NCBI RefSeq assembly: GCF_009834535.1
Contig: NC_045699.1
Span: forward strand, 74,586,001 to 74,650,000
DNA from: Camelus ferus
Lineage: Eukaryota
Reading direction: 5' to 3'
Length of the DNA stretch: 64,000 nucleotides
Both the position numbers and the translations under genes were made by a program. How positions within the stretch are numbered: position 1 is the first letter of the stretch; each line of letters opens with the position of its first letter. Below, piece by piece: positions 12,526 through 21,729 of the stretch. Below the pieces are notes generated by a model. It was given only the letters and a program-made list of their open reading frames with translations. It was not told where the DNA came from and did no database searches.

Positions 12526-15500
12526 ATGTTTCTCATGAACGCCCCTCCTGTGCTCGCTCTCCAGTCCAAATGGGAGGCCTTTGGGCCACCCGGGATCTGT
12601 AGGTTTCCCGGATGCTTCTCAGAGCCCAAAGAGGGCGTCTCGAGAACAGCGGTGAGCGCCAAGGTGCAGATGGTCATCAGCACACTTCAGGGCGACGGGG
12701 CCGCTCTGGGCATGAGCGGCGAGCATGCCCGGCCGAGAAGCCAGAGGGCAGAGAGAGGCTGCGGCGCCCGGCTGGCCGCCAGCCCTGCCTTTGCTGCCTG
12801 TGGTCTTGCTGCTGGTTTTGACCCCAAGGGTGAGGAGGAGGCCGCAGACCTCGGCCCCCTGGTGCTGGATTCGGACAGTGACGACTCCGTGGACCGGGAC
12901 ATCGAGGAAGCCATCCAGGAATACCTGAAGGCCAAAAGTGGCGCCGCCCCGCCGCCCAGGGCTGCAGACTCGGCTAGTCGATGCAAACCAGAGCCACCTC
13001 CGAGCAGCGCCCCAACCGCCCTGGGTCCCCCAAACCTGGCAGCTGGCTCCAGCCAGGGAGCAGGCAAGGACCAGGGCTCTGCCTCCCCAGCCAGTGTGAG
13101 CAGCGATGACTCCTTCGAACAGAGCATCCGGGCGGAGATCGAACAGTTCCTGAGCCAGAAGAGGCAGCGCGACACCCCGAAAGGCGGCACCCCTGCCGAC
13201 AGAACAGCAGAGCCCAGCGACGGCCCTGCCCCATCAGCGCGCAGACCCAGCAGCACCCCTGCCGACAGAACACCAGACCCCAGCGATGGCCCGGCCACGT
13301 CGGTGCGCAGACCCAGCAGAGAGCCGGTGGTCAAGGCGCACCAGCAGGACCTGGCCGGCACCTGTAAGGAGTTTGTCTTCCGGAAACCTCCCCGGGCCGC
13401 AAAGTCCGGTGCGCTGCCCAGAGGCCCCAGGTCCAAGGTCACCACCGAGCCTGCATCCACCGCGGGCCGCCCTGCAGAGGCAGCCCCGAGCAAAGGTGGG
13501 GTCCGGAGGGGTGCTGGCTCAGGGAGGAGGAGGAGGAGAGCCAGGGGCACGGCCCCAGTGTGCGAGACGACTGACTCCAGCAGCGATGATGGCATCGAGG
13601 AGGCCATCCGGCTGTACCAGCGGGAGAAGAGGAAGGAGGCCAGCGCCGACCCGCCGCAGAGGGCACCACGTGCAGAGGAGAAGGGGCCCGGGCCCCCCGC
13701 ACACGGTGCCTGGCCGGAAGCCCTCAGGAAAGCCCTGGGCAAGAAGAAGCCGGTGGCCGCCAAGCCCTCGGACCTCACCCCTGGTGGTCTGGACCCCGAC
13801 CATCCCTCCAAGCCCCCCAGGGAAGTCACAGCTCCTGCACCTCCAGTACCCACAGCCGCCAAAGGCGACCTTGTGGACCGGGCCCCATGCCGGGCAGACA
13901 CATCCACCGAGCTGATGTGCGCTGAAGCCATCCTGGACATTTCCAAAACGATCCTGCCAGCCCCCCCAGAGGGCAGTGACAGACCCCTGCCCGCCAGCCC
14001 ACTCCCTTATCCCCCAAACGTGCCTTCCCGCTCTGACGGCGACAGCAGCTCCGTGGACAGTGACGACAGCATCGAGCAGGAAATCCGGACGTTCCTGGCC
14101 CTGAAGGCACAGTCAGGAAGTTTGCTGGCCGGAACGGAGACCTGCCCGCCGCCACCAGCACAGAGCCCACTGCCATCGCCCGGCCTCAGGGCCCCAGCCT
14201 TTAAAACTCCAGACCTGTCGCTGAGCTGCAAGAGGAAGCGTGGAGGTGGAGGCGTCGGCAGTGCGGCACGGCCGTGCCCACCCAAGAGGACCCGAGAGAC
14301 GGCCATGGCGCAGGAAGGGGCCCAGGACACGGACCGCGGCCAGGGGAGAGCGCAGTCCGGCCAGGGCAAAGCCAGCGAGGCTCTCGGAAGGGAAGGCGAG
14401 ACCAAGGGCCAGCCTCTCCCCTGCAGGACGGTTGGGCTCGGTGACGAGCACGCAGCCCAGGACATAAGGGGGACCTCGTCACCCGGCCCTGGGAAGGCGG
14501 CCGAGGTGAGGCAGGTGGATGGGAAGGGGAGCTCCGAGGACAAGAGCAGCTCGCTGGACAGCGATGAGGACCTGGACACGGCCATCAAGGACCTGCTGAG
14601 GTCCAAGCGGAGGCTCAGGAAGAGGTGTAAGGACCCCCGAGCTGGGTGCAAGAAAAAGGTCAGATTCAGCACCACAGAGACGCAGTTCTTGGATAAACTA
14701 GGCGGCTTCCAGAGAGACTGGAAAGACAGAAGCCCACACTTGCTGAAAAGTTGCCTCTCCAAGTCCAAAAAAGACGACAGGGATTCCCCAGGGAGACCTC
14801 CACGTGTCCTCTGCAGGGAAACGGAGAGAGCAAAGTCAGACTGCACTGCCACCGAGGACGCACCCCCGGCTCTCCGGTCCAGGGTCAGAGCTACGGGAGG
14901 GAACCTGTTCTCCAGTGAAACGGAGGCCCATGAACTTGCAGGTCCAGCCCCAAGCCCCAGTTCCCTCTCCGATGACAGCAGTTCTGTGGACAGTGATGAC
15001 AGCATCGAACTGGAGATTAGGAAGTTTTTGGCAGAAAAGGCCAAGAAGTCCGTGAGCGGATCAGAAATTCAAGGAGGGGGTCCCACAGCTCTTGGGACAG
15101 GGAGCATGGCCAGGCCAGAACCGCCATGCCGGAAGGTGCCACCTCCCGGCCCAGCCCTTCATCCCGGCGTGTGCACGCGGAGCCAGAGAGCCAGGGCGTC
15201 CTCACAGCAGGCCGAGGGCCCAAGGGGCCTGGGGAGAGCCTTCACTCCGGCCGGCAGGAGCAGCCCCAGCGCCGAGCAGGCCTGCCTCCCTGCAGCCCTG
15301 GCCAGATGTGTGACTGTGTCTGCCAAAGGCTCACCAGCCGGTAGGAGAAATGTTTATGCTCACAAAGACCAGAGCACGAGAGGGGCCGAGCCTGTCGTGG
15401 GGGAGAGCGCTTTCGGTCAGCTGCCGGGCTGTGTGGACCCCGGTGCCCGGGCGGAGAGCCGGGGCTCGCTGGCGCTGACCCCAGGCGCCCAGCAGGACGG

Positions 15501-16119
15501 GGGGCCCCGGGCCGGCCTCGCCCCACCCTGGAGTGACTTTGCGCCCCGGAGCCGGCTGCAGAGCGCATGGGCGCTGAGCTCGGGGGGCAGGGATGCAGCA
15601 TGGAGAGGGGGCCTCGGGGGCCAGAGAGAGAAGGGGTCAGAGGGCCAGGCCCGGGGCTCACCCAGCCTCGGGATGGACCCCAGGCGAGGCCTGCCCTTTG
15701 CCGGCTTCTCCCCGCTGCTCTCCAGGCAGCTGTTCCACTTTGGGAAGGGCATCTCCTGGGGGGGCAAGCAAGCCAGCCTCTTCAGTCCCCCCCTGAGTCT
15801 GCCTCTGCAGGGCCCGTCCTTCTCGACCTTCCGAGGGACCCAGGCCGGCCACAGCCCTGTGTTTGGCGGCTCTCACTTGCTCGTGAAGAAGGAAGGGGGC
15901 CACTGGCCGCACAGGAAGTCCCAGGTGGGGCTCAGCCTGCAGGGCAGGAGGAACTCGGGGCCAGAGGAGAGCCTCTTAGACCTGGGGTGCAGGCAGAGGG
16001 TGAGGGACCGAGACGACGAAGACCAGGAGGCGCTGGGTAGTGACGCCAGCGAGCTGAGCGACACCTCGGTAGAGGAGGGTGGCGGCCCCGGGGCCAAGGG
16101 CACCGTCCTCAAGCTGTGA
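12526..16119 (+). CDS. PPP1R26: Protein phosphatase 1 regulatory subunit 26 (KIAA0649), 1197 aa, single coding exon
   Basis: Uninterrupted ORF. The ATG at 12526 gives MFLMNAPPVLALQSKWEAFGPPG, matching the recalled PPP1R26 N-terminus. Contains DSDSDDSVDRDIEEAIQEYLKAK and a PP1-docking RVxF motif KVRF at 14656-14667. The track's 12376 start is a GTG 50 codons upstream. Confidence 0.96.
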   Translation: MFLMNAPPVLALQSKWEAFGPPGICRFPGCFSEPKEGVSRTAVSAKVQMVISTLQGDGAALGMSGEHARPRSQRAERGCGARLAASPAFAACGLAAGFDPKGEEEAADLGPLVLDSDSDDSVDRDIEEAIQEYLKAKSGAAPPPRAADSASRCKPEPPPSSAPTALGPPNLAAGSSQGAGKDQGSASPASVSSDDSFEQSIRAEIEQFLSQKRQRDTPKGGTPADRTAEPSDGPAPSARRPSSTPADRTPDPSDGPATSVRRPSREPVVKAHQQDLAGTCKEFVFRKPPRAAKSGALPRGPRSKVTTEPASTAGRPAEAAPSKGGVRRGAGSGRRRRRARGTAPVCETTDSSSDDGIEEAIRLYQREKRKEASADPPQRAPRAEEKGPGPPAHGAWPEALRKALGKKKPVAAKPSDLTPGGLDPDHPSKPPREVTAPAPPVPTAAKGDLVDRAPCRADTSTELMCAEAILDISKTILPAPPEGSDRPLPASPLPYPPNVPSRSDGDSSSVDSDDSIEQEIRTFLALKAQSGSLLAGTETCPPPPAQSPLPSPGLRAPAFKTPDLSLSCKRKRGGGGVGSAARPCPPKRTRETAMAQEGAQDTDRGQGRAQSGQGKASEALGREGETKGQPLPCRTVGLGDEHAAQDIRGTSSPGPGKAAEVRQVDGKGSSEDKSSSLDSDEDLDTAIKDLLRSKRRLRKRCKDPRAGCKKKVRFSTTETQFLDKLGGFQRDWKDRSPHLLKSCLSKSKKDDRDSPGRPPRVLCRETERAKSDCTATEDAPPALRSRVRATGGNLFSSETEAHELAGPAPSPSSLSDDSSSVDSDDSIELEIRKFLAEKAKKSVSGSEIQGGGPTALGTGSMARPEPPCRKVPPPGPALHPGVCTRSQRARASSQQAEGPRGLGRAFTPAGRSSPSAEQACLPAALARCVTVSAKGSPAGRRNVYAHKDQSTRGAEPVVGESAFGQLPGCVDPGARAESRGSLALTPGAQQDGGPRAGLAPPWSDFAPRSRLQSAWALSSGGRDAAWRGGLGGQREKGSEGQARGSPSLGMDPRRGLPFAGFSPLLSRQLFHFGKGISWGGKQASLFSPPLSLPLQGPSFSTFRGTQAGHSPVFGGSHLLVKKEGGHWPHRKSQVGLSLQGRRNSGPEESLLDLGCRQRVRDRDDEDQEALGSDASELSDTSVEEGGGPGAKGTVLKL

Positions 16120-16716
16120 GCGCGCCCCCGGCCGAGGCGCACGGGGAGCAAGTGTGCGCGTCCCCGCGCGCGTCTGACACTGAGGTCACAGTGCGGGGGG
16201 GGGGTGCCCGGAGGACCCCGTCAGCCTGTATATCTGTACACTAACACGAAACGATGTTTTTATTTAACAGATGTGTCCTGGTAAATATGATTTTTGTAGC
16301 TTTTTTGTAAATTATTTAAAGTGCTGTAAAAAATATTTTTAGCAAATGCTGTCGTCCAATTTTGTAGGGCGTTCCTCGCCCCAGTTCTCGGTCGTCTTCG
16401 CACAAGTCTTAGATCCGCAAACGCCTGGGGTTCCACCCGGCCCAGCCTCTGCCCTTTGGGGCGACTGCTGGTGGAAATACATCTCACGTAAAAGAGCCCC
16501 CGGTCCCGGGAGCCCCGAGCGCGACTTCTGAACACTGCCATCACCACCTCCGAGCGGAGAAGCGTCTCAAAGCACAAAGGCCGGCAAGCAAACCGGCCGT
16601 CCCGGCTGCGTGTGGAAGTCCCGCCAGAGCTCCCCAGGCAGGTCCCCAGCTCACGCCTGCAGCCCATATGGTTTAATGTCCAGTCCCGTTCGATGATGAC
16701 ATGATTCTAACAGCTC

Positions 16717-16722
16717 AATAAA
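16717..16722 (+). terminator. poly(A) signal of PPP1R26
   Basis: AATAAA about 600 nt after the stop, followed by U-rich sequence (CTCTTTT, CTGTTCTTCGTTTTT). Confidence 0.65.
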
Positions 16723-18059
16723 CCTCTTTTTATACAAGAACTGCTGTTCTTCGTTTTTAATCACAAGGTGACAGCTGGCCCGCATCAAGTGTCCTTGTCT
16801 TGATCGGTGCAAGCAAAGTGGTCCAGACTTCTGAGAACCCAGGGCAGAGCCCAGCACCCTCCAGGGCCGGGAGTAGTCAGGGCTGCGCTCCGACAGCCTT
16901 CCCCGGCCTGCCCGCGTCGCGGCTGCGGGCCGGGCCTGTGTTCTCGCCGCGCAGCACGGGGTAGAGCGAGGCGTCCTATGCCTTCTGCTCGGAGGCGGGA
17001 GGGACAGCTGCGTGCACAGGGCTGGGTGCCCAGTCACGACATCTGCACGGCGACTGTCGGCAGACTTTCCGCAGCCGCCGTGGGTGTCGCACCTCACCTC
17101 TGCAGTTCAGCTGCGATGGGCCTGGAGCAGGGCTTACTTTGCAGCTGACCTTCGTTGTTCTTAGAATGAGCAAGTGAATTTTCTACACATTGTCCACCCC
17201 TGGGGTTTTAGCAGGAATTCACTTCTGTGCCCAGATGGGGACGTGCACCAGCACCCACGGTCAGCGTCAGCTGAGTCAGACGCCGTGACGAGCAGGTCCT
17301 GTGGCCTCCGTGACTGTCCTTGTCTGCACGACATGCGTGTAATATCTCCTTGGTCGAAAATTCATTCACTTAAATGCTTCCAAGAACAATTTATTAATCC
17401 ATGCTTTAAATTTGATTTAGTTTTTAGGGACTGCTTTTAACACTTGGAAACAAAAATCAGCTTGTTTTGTACGTAAGAACTGGTTTGGGGTTTTGTTTTT
17501 GTTCTTGATGCTAATCAATCGGGCACTGCTCATGAGTCAGTTTATGTAGTCTGTCATCTGCAGAGTTGCCTCTGGGGGATGTTGATGTGAAACCCCAGCG
17601 TCTGGGCCCTGTCAGTGTCCGCCCTGTGCCGTCAGGGCCTTTAGCCTGAGCACCTCTGCCGCCGCCCATCCCAGGCTCCCCGAGCCTTCCTCTCCTCCCG
17701 CCTCCCCAGCCCCATTCTGTGTGCTTACCGGCCATCCCTGGATTGCCGACAAGCCACACCGCATGAAAGCTTTTGCTTCCACACCCTACATCCTGGGTCA
17801 ACCCTGGCACACACTGAGGCCAAGGTCAGAGGTCCCCGCGCACTGTCTGGAAAGGGACCTGCAGTGGGGCAGACTGGAGCACTGTCAGGGAGCGATGCCC
17901 GGCTGTGCGTCTGCCGCTCTGGCCCGGCTCCTCCGGGGATCCGGGCCCGACCACGCGTCCCGGGAGCTGCTGCACGAGGTGGTAAACGTGTGCCCTCTTG
18001 TAGGAAGAGGCTCGGGGAGGATGTGTCACCAGATGGAACTGTCGTGACTAAGACCCGTG

Positions 18060-18140
18060 GCGGGGAGGGTGGAGCTCAGCGGCAGAGCGCTGACTTAGCA
18101 GCACGAGGGCCTTGGTTCAGTCCCCAGGGCCTCCACGAGC
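18060..18140 (+). mobile_element. Vic-1-like SINE
   Basis: GGGGAGGGTGGAGCTCAGCGGCAGAGCGCTGACTTAGCAGCACGAGGGCCTTGGTTCAGTCCCCAG, with A and B boxes. Confidence 0.75.
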
Positions 18141-20204
18141 AGCAGCAGCAGAAAGACCCACGGACAAGCCTGAGCCAGAGAAGCCCGCTTGCTTCCCGAG
18201 AAGGGGCCACGGGGCCTTCCCCTCCCTGCAGGGAGGAGGGAGTGGCCCCATCTGGGCTGTCTAGTCCTCCGGGGAGGGAGGGAGGACAGGGTCTTCTAAA
18301 GGGAAGAGTCACTCCTGACTGCTGCTCCAGGACCTGTCTTCCGCAGGGTTTCCCCAGCCGAGACACACTCACGCCGGGGAACCAGGCACTCAGTCCAAAC
18401 ACTAGCGCTTTATCTGCTCATGTACACAGCATTGCCCCCTCAATGTCGCATCTCTCTCCTTGAAATTAATTACAGGCCCGTTTAGAGGGGGAGAAAGCAC
18501 CTCTACCATCCACCCCTGTAACCGCAGCCGGGTGTGAACCAGGCAAGGCTGCTGCGGACGGGGAGACACACATTGTCTGCAGAATCTCTTGAGGTTTCTG
18601 GTGCTCTATGTGTTGGACGTAGGGGACTCCCCCTGCCAATGTCAGCACATTTCACTCTGTATTTGGAACCATTTATTCTAATTGGAAACAAAAGATGAAA
18701 TGTCACTGAGGAAAAATACACAAATGAAAACGCACCTTTAGAGTAAGTGGTTACTGGGTTTCATCCGACTCAGCAGCTAAATGACGTGACTGGTGAAGTG
18801 TTAGGAACGTCTCTTTGTCGACGTTTCATTTCAGAGCGGAACAAAAAGGCGGATGAAGCCAAGGCTGGCGGCGGCGGGCGGAGAAACAGGCTTTCGGGAA
18901 CTGCCGTGCGGTTTATCAAATCACCTGCGGAAACTGGTTTCTGTTACCCTCTCTGTTCCGATCACCTTTTCCAGTAATTATTCTGACTGGATTTGAGCTT
19001 TTGGAAGAACTCAGTACAGAGATCAGAAAAACGATGGCTGTCGCTTCCCTTCCATTTTTCACCCATCCGCTCCGTGTGCTCTAACCCTGAGCAGAAGGCA
19101 TGTTCTTGCACAGTTCAATCAGACCTGTCAATCTAAACTTCACCTTCCCTCGACACAAAGGTCCCAGTTTGAAAGTATGTTTAAAAAGATCAGTTTCATA
19201 AAGTGTATCATCACTGGAGTTCCTGTGTGACCTGTGCAGAGAGTTAGGGTGGGTCTGGGGGTCACCTAGCCCCTCCCAGGAATTTCAGGGCCTGCTGCAG
19301 GGCGCCTCCTCTGGGCCCTAATTTCCCATCTGAAAACGGAGGCACAGGAGTCAGGCTTGCCCCCAGGCATGAGCATCAGACGAGGCGACACCGGCAAAGC
19401 CCTTGGGACCCTGGAGACATCAGACAGGCGGGCGGGGGCACAGCCGGCCGGCAGCTCACGGGGCCCAGGCGCCAGAAACGGGAATTAGGAGCCTGGGCTG
19501 GAGACGGTGAGTTTTCAGTAGGACGGGCACACGTGTTACACAGAAGGTATTTCTGTTTTCTGCCTTTCTGTTTATTCCGTGTACAGAGTTTAACTTTACA
19601 CGGACTCATTAACACCTGTTACAGAAATACTAGTTATTGGCCATGACAGTTAACTAAAGCACGTCCTGACTGTGATGCCAGATTAACTGGCATCTGTTCT
19701 GTCCATGGATGTCAGCCCAACTGGTCCTCCGAGCCTGCGCCCCGACACGGCCACCCGCTGAGAGCCAGCCCCGCGGTCCCTCGCACACGCGTGTGGCTGG
19801 GCGACGCCGTCTTGTTACAGGGGTGCAGACGCGCCGGGGCCGAGGTTGGAGGGGAAAGCCACTTCGCCTGCTGGCTTTAGCCTCACCGGGACAACCGGCA
19901 CCTCCCCACCGGCCGTAGGGGAAGGGATTCCTTCCTTTCCTTGAGTTTAGAAACTGGGTCGATCGGGTGTTCTCTTTCTTGTTTTATTTGAGTCTAAATA
20001 CAGAAGCATTCTTGTATTTTGATATTTTTAATGAAAGCTTGTAAACACTAATTTGCAGCTCGACCCCCGGTGTCTCCGCTGACTTTCCAGCTGAGAAGCT
20101 GGATGTTACACAATCCTGGCTTCAGGCTCAGCTTTGTGTTTTCTGCTCAATATATTGATTTTTCCTGGAAACCATTTCCCACTCCAAACTGAACGTTAAG
20201 AATG

Positions 20205-20290
20205 TTGCCTGCATGCATGAGGTCCTGCGTTCAATCCCCAGAACCTCCATTAAAAAGAAAAATAGAAGTTAATTTAAAAATAAATTAAAA
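20205..20290 (+). mobile_element. Vic-1-like SINE, 5'-truncated
   Basis: GCATGCATGAGGTCCTGCGTTCAATCCCCAGAACCTCCATTAAAAAG followed by an A-rich tail. Confidence 0.7.
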
Positions 20291-21095
20291 CGCACCAAAA
20301 AGAGATTAACAATAATTTTTTTTAAACCTAAAAAGAGTGTTGCCAAAATGTTGACTTTTGTGTAATAATAATAAAAAAGTTTTTAATGAAGAAACAATCG
20401 GTCATGGCATTGAATTTCTTCCCAAATCCTTATGTGAGTAAAATCTCTTCGGGTCAAAGTCTGTGTGGACAAGGTGGCAGTCGATGGTCTGTGGCAGTGA
20501 TTTCTTCTGTCTGGCTCCAGCTCTTTCCAGGTCTCCTGCGACGAGCAGGCCCTGCTCCCACACAGCAAGGGGGGCAGCGTCGCGTCTGGAAGATGCTGGA
20601 GGACGCATTCTGTCGTGGAGAATGTCCCTGTGCGGAGGGGTCTCTGCATCACAGCAAACGCTGGCTGAGAACTGACTACACAGAGAGGAACGTCCCCTTA
20701 ACGCAGTTATTACCCCTACTTGAGAAGGATGTATTCTTCCCTGCCTGCTGTTAACTCTTTATTGAAAATGTAAGCTGAACACCAAGTGGAGCACCACCAT
20801 CACCGTCACCCCACCCCTCGCCAGCCTCGTCTGTCTTTCCCGCCTCCGCCCCAGCCCTCATCTGTGGCCAGAGGACGGTCAGTCCGACTCCAAGCATGGC
20901 CTCTGGGTCAGGGCCAGCAAGGGCTCCCCCGCCTGCTCCCACCTGGAACTGCCCTCTCGGGGTCTGCTCTGCTTCCCTGCCCAGCTCTCGTCCACACCCT
21001 GGGCTGGGCATCCTCCCCTCCCTCCATGGCCTGGCAGGATGCCTGAGAACAGAAAATCTGCTCTGTAACTTGTCACGAGTATATAAATGGCTCCC

Positions 21096-21176
21096 GGGAG
21101 GAGGGGTGGAGAGTAGAACGCATGCTTAGCATACACGAGGTCCTGAGTTCAATCCCCAGGACCGCCATAAAAAAGA
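21096..21176 (+). mobile_element. Vic-1-like SINE
   Basis: GTAGAACGCATGCTTAGCATACACGAGGTCCTGAGTTCAATCCCCAGGACCGCCATAAAAAAG. Confidence 0.75.
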
Positions 21177-21190
21177 TTTTGTATTTAAAT

Positions 21191-21319
21191 TCTTTTTTCT
21201 TTTTTTTTTGGAGGGGATAATTAGGTTTTTTGGGTTTTTTTAATGGAGGTACTGGGGATTGGACCCAGGACTTAATGCATGCGAAGCATACACTTTACCA
21301 CTGAGCTACACTCTCCCCC
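21191..21319 (-). mobile_element. Vic-1-like SINE, full length
   Basis: Reverse complement reads GGGGAGAGTGTAGCTCAGTGGTAAAGTGTATGCTTCGCATGCATTAAGTCCTGGGTCCAATCCCCAGTACCTCCATTAAAA...CCTAATTA plus an A tail. Confidence 0.85.
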
Positions 21320-21490
21320 AATTTCTTTTAATTAAAAACGAAAAACAAAAAAATGGCTCTCAAATAAAGACACAGGGAGGGCTATCTGGGCATTCCCAGC
21401 ATTCAGGCCGAGACTGGGGTCCCAGGACACCCACCGCCCTGTTCCTTGACTACAGATGACTCGGGAATTCAGGGCAAACATGGCAAGGCC

Positions 21491-21496
21491 TTTAAT
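21491..21496 (-). terminator. probable poly(A) signal (ATTAAA) of PIERCE1
   Basis: TTTAAT on the + strand about 235 nt past the PIERCE1 stop. I saw no AATAAA closer. Confidence 0.45.
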
Positions 21497-21729
21497 GGGA
21501 AGGCAAGCTCTGATCCATCTTAGATGTAAAACGGGGGGGGGGGGGGCACCACAGCCCTGGTGGCATGTTTTTCTAACCTAGAGAGGAAAAATACTATATT
21601 TGCAGGGGAAGAGTAAAGCGTGTCCCTTTACAACTGGGCAGATTATCAAAGACTAGGGCTGGCGACTGTCCAGACCGTCACCGCCGGCGCCGGGAGGGCC
21701 CTGGACGGAGGGTCTCCCGCCGCTGCCCC

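Noticed and set aside
12687-15044. Antisense ORFs of 419 and 345 aa
   Set aside because: Shadow frames of the GC-rich PPP1R26 coding exon.
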